The notes under the pieces were generated by a model. It saw only the letters and a program-made list of their open reading frames with translations, was not told the DNA's origin and did no database searches. DNA of 64,000 nt from Cycas panzhihuaensis (Eukaryota; Plantae; Cycadophyta): the NCBI GenBank assembly GCA_023213395.1, contig CM041465.1:86125741-86189740 (forward strand), written 5' to 3'. The translations under genes were made by a program, and so were the position numbers. Below are positions 11,095 to 25,300 of the stretch, piece by piece; position 1 is the first letter of the stretch; the number at the start of each line of letters is the position of its first letter.

Positions 11095-14000
11095 TTTTAG
11101 GGGTTTATTGTTCTAACGTGTTTGCGATTTGTTACATACCAAGGCTGAGTTCGTTACATACCAAGGCTGAGTTCGCCAGCTAGGGTTGTACTTCATAGAA
11201 CAGGGTTTCGGTTTATTGCAGGTAGAATGTGTGCACAGTTTTTATGTGTCCAATTGGATCTATACGTTCGGCCGTCCTGGGATGTAATATCATGTTGTGA
11301 TTCACGTCAAGTTTGCCAGCTGAGGGTTAGATTTTATGTTCCTAAGAACAGGGTTCTAGTTTTTCACTTTTGGTAGATGTGTTTTGCTTTTATGTATCCG
11401 ATTGCATTTGAATATGAAGTAATATAATTGTTCGTTATTGTGTTTTAATTCCTTTATTTATTTATTTATTTTATATGCCTTCTATTTTTGAGTAACCATT
11501 TTTTGTATCCATTTGTATTTGAATACGCAGTAGCAGTGTGGATTATTACGTTTTAGTTATTTTATTTATTTATTTGTTTTCAATTTTTTAGTAATCATTT
11601 AATGTATCCATTTGCATGTCAATATGCAGTAGTATAATTCTTTTGTTTATTTTTTTGTTTGTCTCCTATTTTGAGTTTCCATTATTTTGTTGAGTCCAAA
11701 TGCCTAATTAGCTCTAGTTTTGTTTGTATTGATTATTCTCAGCCAATGAGAGATTCAATTGGCTTAAGAATTATTTTGGCATGATGAAGATTGAAATGTT
11801 TTTTGCGTTTCATTATGGATGGGGGTGATTTTCTGTAGATTTTGATTTTAGCAAATACCAATTAATCAACCTTAATTAGAATTTTTTAACAAATGATTGA
11901 GATTGGGGGATTGTTGTTCAACAAGATTTTTGGACTGGTTGAGTGGAAGTGGCCTATCATCTATAACATGTACCTAAAAATATCTTTTGAACTTTTCTGT
12001 TAAGTGGCATTGCATCATTTTAAATGATGAGATATTTTGACCACCATTATCGTTGCAATCCCATTGAATGTATGGTTAGTGTGGCGTCGCAATTTAAGTT
12101 AATAATATGCATTGGTATGTTGCATATGCATTTTTCTGTTATATGCATATTTCATACAAAAGCGTTTTCTTCTTGGGAAATGTATGTTGCATTTGCCACC
12201 TTAATGGATAAACATAATGAGTTTTCTTGTGGCAGTTACCCTAATACTTGGAGGGATTTTTCATATTATTGTTAGCTTTTATATGTGAGGGAAATGCGTC
12301 CTAGTTCTGTTTTGGCAACCACTTGAGTAGTGGGTTGATATATTTTGGCATTTTCCATTGTGTATAGAGTGTATGGAAAGCTTTGGAAGTCTACACAGGA
12401 CTGAGCTGGGTGGTTGTGTATTGTAAAAATATGCTAGTACTAGCCAAATTTTTGTAGAAGTTGGACCTCTTCTTGTGCAGGACAAAAATTGATTGCCCTA
12501 AGCTCAGGGGTTATTCATAGTTAACTTGGAAAGTAGTTATTTCTTGTGCCCAGGTCTATAGAATCATGTGGATGTTTGAAAGAGTAGTAATCAAAGACTT
12601 CTATTAAGGGGAACACTATGTGTATCTGATTAATGTACTTAGCCAGAAATGACAAACCAGTAAGCTAAATTAGAACAAATGTAACTTATAGAGAGAAAGA
12701 GGCCAGTAAGCTAAATTAGAACAAATGTAACTTATAGAGAGAAAGAGGGCAAGAAGGGTGCTGTTCACAAGTAGTTTTTAATAGGCATGTGCCTTAGATC
12801 TGTGAGAGGCTAGGTGAATAGAAAATAAATGGAATTATAAAAGGCTCTTAGATCAACTGAAAAAATGTTTGACCTTCAATGTTTTTACTAGGCATTTTTG
12901 GTATCTTAAAAATTATTGCTACTCGTTATTGTGAAGTTTTGAGTTTGTAGTGTTTGGTTTTGTTCAATATTTGACTTGCATGGTAATGGTGCAAGAAGTG
13001 CTAAACCAATTCACTCTAGCACAATTTAAATGCTTTTTTTGATCTACCCATGCAATTTTTTTTTTAGTGTATATTTTAATTCAATGTTTTGGTTCCTTAA
13101 TTGTTGCTGGTTTTGACTTTTACTATTCTTATACTTTATTTGAAATTGCTATAATACATGGGGGCCATGGACTAATCTTCATTTCTGCATAAAGGATGGG
13201 GTGTACCCCTTTTCTTGAGTCTATTTTAAAAAAAAATGGTGATGGCTGGATAGGAGTGATCACTATTTGGAGTTGTATTTATTTTGCTTTTTGTTTAGGT
13301 TGTGATAGCTCTTTGAGAACTAAATTTTTGTTGGTTTTTTTAAGAGTATGTGACCCAAGGCTTTTATTTATTGATGGATGGGAGTTATCATGAATTGGAA
13401 CTTGCATTTATTTTGCATTTTTCTTTTGGTCGTGGTGACTGAAAATTTTATTGTTTTTATAGTATATGTGGCCCAAGACTCTTATGGTTTGGGTTAGACG
13501 ACTCTTTGGTGATTGATTTTTCAACATTTTTTTCTTTAGTAGTATATGTTGCATAAGGCTTTTATTATTTTGATTTGGGGTTGGTGGCTCTTTGGGAATC
13601 ATCAATTAAGGAGTATATGTGGCCCAAGATGTGTATCACTTTGGTTTGAGTTTGGTGGTTCCTTGAGAATTGGAGGACTTTGGTCCTAACGTGAGGTTGG
13701 AATAGTGATTTCTTTGTAATCATGGAATATATATGGGGTAAACTTATTTATGTTGAAAATAGGTTGCAAAATTGGTAAGTTTCTTTTTGACAAACCTTAA
13801 AAAGATAAGGATTTTATTCACAAGGATTTTACAACGGGAGTTAAAAAAAAATTGCTGTATTGATTATTAATATAAGTAGTAATTTAAAAGATTGCCAGGG
13901 CAGGTAGATTATGTTAACTTGAGTTTTGAGTTTTTAGGTTATTCTTCATTTCTCTTGTCATTATTTTCAATTACCTAGGTAATGAGTAGTTACTTTGGTA

Positions 14001-17000
14001 ATGACTATTGGTGTACTTATAAAACCTTTGGTAATGACTATTGGTGTATTTATAAAATCCTCATCAAAGGAATGCCTGGTCAAAGAATAAATTTCAAGGC
14101 AAGGGTTGGGGTGGGGAGTGAGTAGGGTGGGTTTGATCGGGGTTAAGTAAAATAAACAAGGAATCCTTTTCCAAGGGCACTATGCTGTGGCATTTGACCA
14201 TTTCCTCAAGTTTTATATTTAATTGAGTTGATGACGATGCATGGTTTGGATGGTATAGAGTAAAATCTCACTTTTTACTAAGGATCGAAAGGAAAATTAT
14301 TTCTTCGTATCAAACAATAAGTTGGAATAAAAAGTAAATGCAAGCTGTTGGGCACATTCATTTAATTGGATGTAAATCGGTCCATCTTTCCGTGAAGGGT
14401 TTATTTTGTTGATACATGTTTTAATCAAGCAAGATAAACTTGGCAAAATATGAATTTTTAAAAGAAGGGAATAAGATATTTGAAGTTGCAATGGTTAATA
14501 ATTTGCAAAATAGGAATTCATTGTTGGTATTAAAGCGACTAATAAATTGGGACCACAAATGTTGCTTCGTCACTTGAAAGCAACACTTTAAAGTGACGAA
14601 CTAAAGCAAATTAGCACTTTAAGCGATGAAGGTGCATTAGAACAAGGATGAAAAGATGATTTAAGATATTATGTAGTGATTTAAGATATGAGCAAAATTA
14701 ATTAAAAAATGGGTGGGTTTTATCAAAAAGGTAGTTGTTACGGTTAGTGATTATTTCATTTAGTCTATATTATATTCAATAAGTGATCAATGTTAGGGAT
14801 TAAAAGGTGAGGTAAAAAAGGGGGTTGGAATATACATTCTAAACAGGTACAAGGAATTCATTGCAAAAGTTTTTAAGTATAGAAGTTGTAAGTTGTTATA
14901 GTTTAGTCGGAATTTGGAGTTGATTTAGTATATTCATTAGTAATATATTTAATTTATTTGAAGTAGTTACTTTTGAATGTCTTAGTGTAGGAGGATAAAA
15001 TTTTGCCAAAAGGAAAATATCCCATCATGTTACAAAATAAATTACAATAATAATTTTAAAGAGTTGTTAAAAAGAAATAAATGATGGACCCTTTCTAAAT
15101 GTGCTTATGTTCTAATGAAATTTTGTTGGCGTTTGACCATTTTATTTGGTATTATTTTTTTATTACTTTGATGATGATGCCTGATTGGGTGGTATGAGGT
15201 AATATTTTGCCTTGGCAAAGGATTTAAAGGAAAAATATTCCTTTATATTAAACAATAATTTGGAATAAAAATAAATGAATGAATTAAATAAATTAATTTA
15301 TAAATAAATAATTTAATTTGTATGTGGATGCAGAAAATTCCATCCATCTTTTCATAACGGACATATCAACAAAGTAATCTATTTATGGGCACCACCATCT
15401 TCATCCTAGTAATTTATAAATAAATATCAACAAAATAATCTCTTTATGGGTACCACCATCTGCATCCAATAATTTATAAATAATTTAAATAATTTAATTT
15501 GAATATGGATGCAAAATATTCCATCCATCCTTCCATAACGGATGTATCCATAAAATAACCTCCTTATGGGCACCACCATCTTCATCCAGGGCTTCAAAGT
15601 TATTGGCATTACAGATTCATCAAGTAGTTTTTTTGATAGATATTTTGTAACCCATGGGATTTTTGTTTTTGACTTTTTGAAAGCCATCTTGGCCTACGGT
15701 CACCTCCTTCCACATGGGCCTCTTATACAGAGTTTTTTTTTCCAAGTGGCCATGCATATGGCGAATACAATGTTTAAATGGGATCTGTTCATGGTCAACC
15801 TGCTCCCACCATTTTCTCCTCAAATTCGAACAATTGCCTTCAGGGGTGAAACTTGATAAATTCATGAAAGACAAATTTTAGCATAAATTGTATAATGTTT
15901 TTCCATGGTGATCTCTGAAGCTTTAACGTAAGTGTTCAGGGAATTCCCAATTTCAAGAGGTATCTTCGTTCCAAAATTCTAAGAGGCAGAGGAGAGTTTA
16001 ACCCATGCCGAATTCGTTGAGAGGTTGTCTTTAATCAGAGCAAAACTAAGTGTCTAAAGCATCATGAATTGGCCCACAGGTTCGTATAGTCTGCTCTTAA
16101 AGGCTTTATTTCTGTCCTGAGAGGCAAAAATTACAGTATAAAAACTTTTTAGATCCAACTTAATGTTGGTTTCTCCTTTGAATTTTAATTTGCCCTCCCA
16201 TCTATTTTGATTCATTTTTCAAGTCTAATTTTGCAGGGTTGGGAATGCATGGTCACTGAAATATATACTTTTTGTTTAGAAGTCTGAAAAGAGTATAATT
16301 TGGAGATTCGTGTTTTGCCATGACCCAACAACCATTTAATAGTGGATCCCATATTAGGATAAATTTTTCACGTATGTGTTGGGTTATCATTGAGCATTGG
16401 AAAGGCTTTTTGGTGCCATATTAATAGTTTGTTTGACTGGTTAAATTTTTTTTGAACAATAACCAGGAGGGATGAAACCCAACCCTCCCCCCTTAGAATT
16501 AAATTAGTGTAAAAGAGTTTCGAATGTGGACAAGAAATCAAATTACAGATCTTGCATAAACTAGAAATTTCAGATGTACAAGAAATCAACAAAACAAAAA
16601 ATTGAGATGGAAATTTAAGCCCAATATGTGTCAAACGGGAAACGAGTCCTACCCAGAAGATGATATTCAGAGATAAACGAGAAAAATGAGTAGCACTCGT
16701 CCCGAAAGCACCGCCAACTAAAACCTCTGAACTCAGCGTTTATACAGATCTGCAGATTAAAGACCAATGTAGGATTCAAGATTTGGAGGGGGCTCAAAAC
16801 CACAAAATTGTAATCCCCTAAAGTGACCAAAGCCGCGAGGCAAAATGTTTCAGAAAATAAGGATGTGATCTGACCTTCAAAAACTTGCAGTCACCACCCG
16901 TCTTAAAAATCTCCAGCAGAACAGAACGGTCCAAAAGGAAGCCGTTACAAAGTAGTCGCTGCACATCAAAAGCCTTTGAAATCCATGACCACAATTTGCA

Positions 17001-17358
17001 GGCACTGTGGCTTCAGTTGAGAAAGAGCTATGAAAAAGCCAAAAAGGAGCCCACTAACAAAAAAGAGGGTTGCAGAACAGGACCAAAATATCCGCGATGT
17101 GTGCCGCCAGGAGCTGGGACAGAAACCCTAGCCGAAGGGGAACCTGAATATGGATTCATTTGTAATTAAACTACACAAAAAGCGATGATGCTGATGCCAT
17201 CTTGTGATTGCGACTTCAAAGTATAGTATTATCGATGTAGAGCTTTGCAGAAGTAAGATGCCAGAACATGACGATGCCCGCCCAAGTAAAATTTAATCGC
17301 CCATATGGAAGAATTTGACCAGACTGTTGCCCGCCGCAGAAGTAAGATTGACAGTGTC
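11095..17358 (+). repeat. Tandem segmental duplication, copy 1 (with ~5.6-kb internal deletion)
   Basis: Colinear with 17359-29530. For example, ccaattggatctatacgttc occurs near 11250 and 17501, cagtaagctaaattagaacaaatgtaac near 12658 and 18935, and gaccaaagccgcgaggcaaaatg near 16825 and 28993. Confidence 0.9.
15360..17358 (-). mobile_element. L1 5' fragment (5'UTR + ORF1 N-terminal half), duplicate of 27410-29530
   Basis: ORF 15620-15874 carries the ORF1 zinc-knuckle relic (FKHCIRHMHGHLEKK) and is colinear with the full-length copy. Confidence 0.9.
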
Positions 17359-20300
17359 ATTTGTAGGGGTTTATTGGGCTAACGTGTATTTGCGTTTTTT
17401 CATATATACCAACCAAGTTTGAGCTCGCCAGCTATGGTTGGACATCATAGACTAGGGTTTCGGTTTATTGCAAGAAGCGTGTGAACAAAGTTTTATGCGT
17501 CCAATTGGATCTATACGTTCAACCGTCCTAGGATGTAATATTATGTTGTAATTCACGTGAAGTTTGCCACTCGAGGGTTAAATTTTATTTTTCCGAGAAC
17601 GAGGTTTTTAATTTTTCCCTTTTAGTATACGTGTTTAGCTTTTATGGAATCTATTGCATTTAAATATGAAGTAATATAATTGTGCATTATTATATTTTAA
17701 TTATTTTTATTTTATTTATTTATTTTGTTTGCGTTCTATTTTTGAGTAAACATTTTATGTATCCATTTGCATTTAAATATGCAGTATTTTAGTTCTTTTA
17801 TTTATTTGTTTGTTTGTTTTCAATTTTCAGTGGCCATATAATATATCCATCTGCATATAAATATGCTGTAATATTAGTGTGCATTATTGCGTTTTAATTC
17901 TTTTATTTATTTATTGTTTGTCTCCTATTTTTAAGTTGCCATTGTTTTGTCGACTCCAAATGCTTAAATTTTAAACCTGGTTTTATTTAGAGCCATTATT
18001 CTCAGCCAGTGAGAGATTCAATTGTCTTGAGAATCATTTTGGCATGGTGAAGACTGAAGTTTTTTTTTTATTCCTTTCATTACGTGTGGGGGTATTTTTT
18101 TGTACATTCTGATTTTTTAGCAAATGCCAATTTATTAGCCTTAATCAAAAATTTCCGACAAATGATCAAGATTGGGGGATTATTGTTCAACAAGGCTGTT
18201 GAAATAGTCAAGCAAAAGTGGCGCTTCATCTATAACATAAAATGCATACCTAATAATGCATCTTCCGAGCTTTCCTATCAAGTGGCATTACATCATTTCA
18301 AATCATGAGATATTTTTCACCATCATCATCGTTGCAATTCCATCAAATGTATGTTTAGTGTGGTAATGCCAACTCAAGTTTAGTCATATACGTTGGTATG
18401 TTGCATATGGATTTTTCTGTTATATGTATGTTTCATATAGAAGCATATTTTTCTTGGAAAATGTATGTTGTATTTGCCACCTTAATGGATAAACATAACA
18501 AGTTTTCTTATGGCAGCTACCTTAATACTAGAGGGAACTTTTATATTATTGTTAGCTCTTGTATGTGAGGGGAATGAGCCCTAGTTCCATTTTCGTAATT
18601 GTTTGAGTAGTGGGTCGCTCTATTCTAGTATTTTCCACTTTGTGTAGTGTATGGAAGGCTTTGGAAGTCTGTATGATCTTTGCTGTGCTGTGTATTGTAA
18701 AAATATTTTAGTGCTAGCTAGGTTTCCATAAAAGTTGGATCTCCTCTTATGTAGCACAAAAATTGATTGTTGTAAACTATGGGTTTATTCATAGTTAACT
18801 TTGAAAGTAGTCATTTCTTGTGATCAAGTCTAAAGTAGCATGGGGGTGTTTGAAAAAGCATCAATCAAAGTCTTCTATTAAAGGGGATACCATTTGTATT
18901 TGATTGATATATTCAGTTAGAAGAGATGACAAATCAGTAAGCTAAATTAGAACAAATGTAACATGCAAAGGGAGAGGGCAAGGAAGGTCAATGCATAAAA
19001 TTTTGAAATTGTTCACAAGTAGTTTTCAGTGGGCTCTATAATTCAATGTGCCTTGGATTTATTAGAGGTTTGCTGAATAGAAAATAAATGGAATTATAGA
19101 GGGCCTTAGATCAACAAAAACAAAAGTTGTAACTTTAGATGTTTATGCTACACATTTTTTGTATCTTAAAAATTACTGTCACTCACGATATTGTGAAGTT
19201 TGAGTTTGAAGTGTTTGCTCTTATTTAATGTTTTGATGTACATGGTAATGGCACAAGAAATGTTAAAACCATTTCACTTTTGCTTCTATTGATCTACTTG
19301 TGTAGGATTTTATCAAGTGTATATTGTGATTAGTGCATTTGGTGTCCTAATTATTTATTTTGACTCATTGTTTTTGCACTTGATTTGAAACTACTATATT
19401 ACAAATGGACTTCCCTTTATTTCTATATGAAGGATGGGCTGTGTAGCTTGTTTTTACTCCATTTTAAAAATTTTTGTTGATTGATGGATAGTAGTGATCA
19501 TGATTTGGAGTTTGTATTTATTTTGCATTTTTGCTTAGCTTGCAATGGTTCTTTGAGAATTAATTTTTCATTGTCTTCTTTAAGAGTACGAGGCCCAAGG
19601 TTTTTTATCAATGTGGATGGGAGTTATTATGAATTGAAACTTGTACTTCTTTTGCATTTTTCTTTTGGTTGTGGTTGTTTGTTGAGAAAATTTCATTGTT
19701 TTCTTTAGTAGTATATGTTGCCCAAGACTTTTATGATTTCAATTTGGCTTACGTGGTTCTTTGGGAATTAATTCATCATCATTTTTTTTTCTTTAATAGT
19801 ATATGTTGCCCAAAGCTTTTATTATTGTGGTTTGGGTTAGGTGGCTCTTTGGGAATTAATTTTTTATCAGTTTTTTTGGTAGTATAAGAGGGCCAAGATG
19901 TTTATCACTTTGGTTTGTGTTCGGTGGTTCCTTGAGAAATGTAGGGCTTTGGCCCTAACTTGAGGTTGGACTAGTGATTTCTTTGCAATCATCGAATATA
20001 TATGGGATAAACTATTTATGTTGGAAATATGCCTCAAAATTGATAGATTCTTTTTGACAAACCTTAAAGATAGGGACTCCACTTACAAGGATTTTGCAAT
20101 AGAAGTTCAAAGGTCAATAATTACACTGTGGGGAAAGATATTGAATTAGATTGATTGCATTAATTAGTAATGTAATTAATTAATTTATTAATAAGTAGTT
20201 ATTTGAACTATTACAATGTTAAGGAGGTTATGTTAACTTGAGTTTTGAGTTTTTAGGTTATTCCTCATTTCCCTTGCTATTATTTTCAATTACTTGAGTA

Positions 20301-22339
20301 ACGAGTAGATACTTTAGTAATGAATATTGGTGTACTTGGATACAATCTTGTTGAAGAAAGTATTCCTTCCTTCAGGTCAAAGAATAAATTGCAACAAGGT
20401 TGTGGTGGGGTGGGGGGATGGCAAAAAGAAGTAAAATAAATAAGGGAATCCTTTTTCAAGGGGCTATGTTTCTAAAGTCCTTGTTGGAATTTGACCATTT
20501 CCTCTAGTTTTATTTTTGATTAGTTTGTTGATGACGCATGATTGGGTGGTATAAGGTAAAATCTTACTTTACAAAGAATCTAAAGGAATATTATTTATTC
20601 ATATCAAACAATAAATTGGAATAAAATTAAATGCAAGTTGTTGGTCACATTCATTTAATTTGAATGTGGATGTGTGAGATTCCATCCTTTCATAAAGGGT
20701 TTATTTTATTGATATATCTTTCAATAAAAGAAGATAAACTTGATGAAATATTTTAAAGGGAATAAGGTGTTTGAAGTTGCAATGGTTAATAATTTGCAAG
20801 ATAAGAAATTGTTATTGGTATTAAAACAATAAATTGGAATAAAATGAAACGCAAGTTGTTGGTCACATTCATTTAATTTGAATGTGGATGTGTGATATTC
20901 CATGCTTCCATAAAGGGGTTATTTGTTGATATATCTTTCAATCCAAGAAAATAAACTTGATGAAATATTTTAAAAGAAGGGAATAAGGTGTTTGAAATTG
21001 CAATGGTTAATAATCTGCAAGATAGCAATTTGTTATTGGTATTAAAAAGAAATGGAATTGGGCCCACAAGTGTTGAAAGCAACACTTTTAAGTGATGAAC
21101 TAGAGCAAATTAGCATTTTTAAGCAATGAAGTAGGGTTTAAAGTGATGCATTAGAACAAGGATCAAAAGGTGATAAATGCATACAAAATAATTAGGAATG
21201 ATTCTAAGATATGAGCATTTAATCAAAAAATGGGTGCTCACATAAAAAAGAAAAAGCATGGTTGTTATGGGTTTTGGTAAATTCATTGAGTCTAAATTAT
21301 ACTTGATAAGTAACTAGTTACTCTGGTAATGATTATTGGTGTAACAGTATAAAATCTTGCGGAAGGAAAAATATTCCATCATCTCAAAGAATAAGTTATA
21401 ATAATAATTAAAAAAACTAGTAAAGAAAATTAAATGATAGACCCTTTTTCAAGGTGCTTATGCTCTATAGAAACCTTGTTAAAACTTAACCATTTCCTTT
21501 GGTATTATTTTTTGGTCAGTTGTTACTCTGGTAATGATTATTGGTGTAACAGTATAAAATCTTGCGGAAGGAAAAATATTCCATCATCTCAAAGAATAAG
21601 TTATAATAATAATTAAAAAAACTAGTAAAGAAAATTAAATGATAGACCCTTTTTCAAGGTGCTTATGCTCTAACGAAACCTTGTATGGTGTGGTATAGAG
21701 TAAAATCTTGCCTTGGCAAGTATCTAAAGAAAAAACATTTCTTCATATCAAATAATAAATTAAAATAAAAATAAATGCAAGTTATTGGTTTCACTAGTTT
21801 AATTTGAGTGTGGATGCAAAATATTCCATCCTCCCATAAAGAAGTTATTTTGTTGCTGTATCTTTTAATCCAAGAAGATAAATTGTGATAAAAATATAAG
21901 ATTAAAAATAAGGTAATAAGATGTTTGAAGTTGCAATGGTTGATAGTTTGTAAGATAGGAATTTGTTTTATTTCTTGTTTTGATAGATAAAAAGGAAATT
22001 GAATTATGATACAAAAAATATTACAATATAGTACGTGAGAGATCATACCCATAATTGGGGAAGGTTTGGTAGAAACAAGTTAGAAACAACTTGATATACC
22101 AGAAAATAAATGTTATCCATGCTACATCTGAAAAGATAATAGAAAAAACAACAAGATTTAGATGATCAACTTGGGGTAAACAACATCTCCTCTCAACAAT
22201 TAAAGAACTAAGAAGAAACAAGGTGGGTGTACCTGGAACGCATCTAACAACAGAACATAAGACGAAAGATCAACAAAAAACCCAAGTTAAGCAAAATCAC
22301 CTCCTAACAATAAGGAAGCAAGAAAAGAAAAGGATTAGA

Positions 22340-25300
22340 CTATTAGGACAATGTCTTCCATCAAAATTTGACTAATGTCCTTTTTAAACTTTTAGAAAAT
22401 AAATCTATCAAGGGTCGAATCAATCTCTATTTCTCTCTAGCGATCCATCACCCCTGTATTTTGCTAGAAGGTCTACCACCTTATTTACTTTTCCTTTAAC
22501 ATGATTGAATGAGACATCCTCAAAATTGCTAGTAATGATGAGGGAGATTATCTTAAGAATGAGAGAGAACCTTTAATTATTGGCCTCTATCTAGTCCTTC
22601 ACATTTTAGAGAAAATTGATGATGAATTTGGAATCACCTTTTAAACATATACAATTCAGAGCTAATTTCCTCAGAATTTTAAGGATAGAAAGAGCCATCA
22701 TTACCTTAGCCATATTATTTGTGACCCCTCCAATATTTTGGAAATACAACTACACAACCTGGACTCTGTGATCTTTAATGACCCTCTAATAACTACTCTT
22801 CTCGGGTCCCCCCTAGAAGCCCCATCAAAGTTGGCTTTAAATAAACTTTCTAAGGGTGGCATCTAGAGACAACCAACTTATTTAGGAGTTTTATCATAAC
22901 TAAATTTGGATCTCAAATTATCTTTTAAAATTCTAAGACGTTTAAACTTTTCTAAATCTTATTGAGCCCAGGAGAGGTTCTCTACTCTCCAAATCTTGGA
23001 TGATAGAGTTTTCAAAATATTGCTCATGATTCTTTGAAGAATCAGGGAGATCAACTTGGCCTTGTTTCTGAATATTCTTTAATTATAGTCCTTCCAAATA
23101 GTTTATAAGACAAATCATGACACAAAATCTCTAGGCTTTTGTAGAATCCTATCTCCCGTTTTGAGATTACACCATCCCTTAAGGAGATTTGGAATGTTAG
23201 ATCTTCTCGAAGTCATTGCGCTAAAAACCCTTTCAAAGAAGTCTCAACAATTAGAAATTCCTTGATAATTGAGAAAAATATGGTTTATATCTTCTTCCTC
23301 ATCAATACACATAACACATCTTGAGAGACCAGTGAAGCCTCTACGACTAAGATTATCCCAAGTAAGGATACTATTATGAGCTAATTCCCATAAGAAGGTA
23401 GAGATCTTAGGCTAGATCTCAAGGGCCCAGATTTTTTGCTAGAGCTTACCTTGATCAAGCATCACATCCTCTTCCATTGAGAGCTCATAAGTCTGCTTTA
23501 TAGAAAAAGAACCTTTACCTTTAGGGCCCCATCTGAGCACATCGACGTCAACCTTATAGGGCATGGGCCTCCTACTCAGGATCTCCGACAATCTATCTTT
23601 TTCATCTAAAATAATCAGCTTAGGCCAAAAGTCCAAAGATTTTCATCTCCTTGTAAGAGGAGAACCCCTACCATCCCAAGCAAAAGAGCCACCTAGGTAA
23701 TTAGAGACTTTGCTCCACCAAGCCTTTAAGAAAATTTCCCTCATCCTATCAAGCTCACCTAGCTTACAAAGAGGCTCCTAGGCTTTGTAAGAATCTTTCC
23801 AAAACAAGCTTCCACACCATTTCTTATTTTCTAGAAGTAGTTAGCTTCGATCAATTTGAAGCGAGGGGTGGCCCCATTCCAAATAATAGATCTATTAATT
23901 AGCTTAATTATAATTAATCCTTCATGGTAATCCCTTCAGCATACTTTTCCCTCTAGATGTGAACCCATAAGGTGTCATTTTCCTTTAGCCACCTCCACAT
24001 CAATTTGGCATTGAGGGCCATATTTAGGGGCTTGAGTTATATGATATTTAGACTACCTTGGCTCTTAGCCCTACAAATCTTATTCCAAGGTACAAATGCA
24101 AACTTCTTCTTTAGAGCCGCACCTCCCCAGAAGAAGTCCTTTTAAATCCTCATAATGGATTTGATAAACTTAAGAGGACCTGAAAGTGAGAAAATAAAAA
24201 TGGGGAGAGCCTGAAACACTGATTTGATAACAACCCTTTTAGCCAACAAAAGAAAATTTAGATGTCATCCAACAAGCTTAGGCTTGATCTTATTAAGATC
24301 TCTTTCCCAAGCCGTATTTATATGAGGATTTTATATTAAAGGAATACCCAAATATTGGACAAGCAAAGAAGTAACGGGGTAATTCAAATATTTGTTTACA
24401 TTTCTTTGAACTCTAGGATAAGTATTAAAAAAAAAAAAAGTGATTTATCTTCATTGATAACACTCGACCCAGGAAGAAATGTATTGAGGTCCTTTTTCAA
24501 ATTCCTAGCTTCAGCGATTGAAGCAACTCCCAAGAGTATTGTCTCGTCAACAAACTATAGGTGAGGGAGCAATTCAACATCTTTGTCAATTTGAATCTGG
24601 ATTACTTGATTGTCCATTTTCATCTTGTTGATAAGCCTATCAAGACCTTCCATCATGATAATGAAGAGGTATGGGGATAAGGGATCTCCCTAGTGAATAC
24701 CTCTCGACGATCTAAACAAAGGGGTGGGGGATCCATTGCCCAAAATCGAAAAGGGAGGTCAGGAAAATGCAAATGTGAACCCATTCAATCCATTCATTTG
24801 CTAATCCAAAAGTCAACAAGATCTTATTGATAAATTCCCAATTTAAGTAGTCATAGGATTTTGACATGTCAAATTTCAAAAGCATTCGAGTCCCCTTGCT
24901 CTACTTGAAAGAATGTATACAACTTCCATGATAATAACGATCTCATCCAAACTTTGTTAGCCAACAACAAAGCCCACTTATTCCTTGGAAATAATTCTGG
25001 GAAGGATCCCCTTCAAACGAATCACCATGACTTTAGAAATAATTTTGTAAGAAGTATTACAAAGGGTTATTGCCATGAACTTATCTGTCGATAATAGGGA
25101 TTCCTCTTTTAGAATAAGAAATAAGAAAGTAGTATTCAAGGCTTGAAGAACCTTTCCAAACTTCCAAGATTTCTCAATAGCTTTGACCACCCAATTCCCC
25201 ATAATGTGCTAAAAGGATTGGTAGAAATCAACAAGGATGCAATCTGGGCCCAGGGCCTTTCTAGGTTTCATACTAAAAACCACTTTGATAACTTCATCTG

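Noticed and set aside
13250-13720. CRISPR-like spaced repeats (agtatatgtggcccaag recurring)
   Set aside because: Units are degenerate along their whole length with related spacers, the context is eukaryotic and there are no cas genes; this is an ordinary minisatellite.
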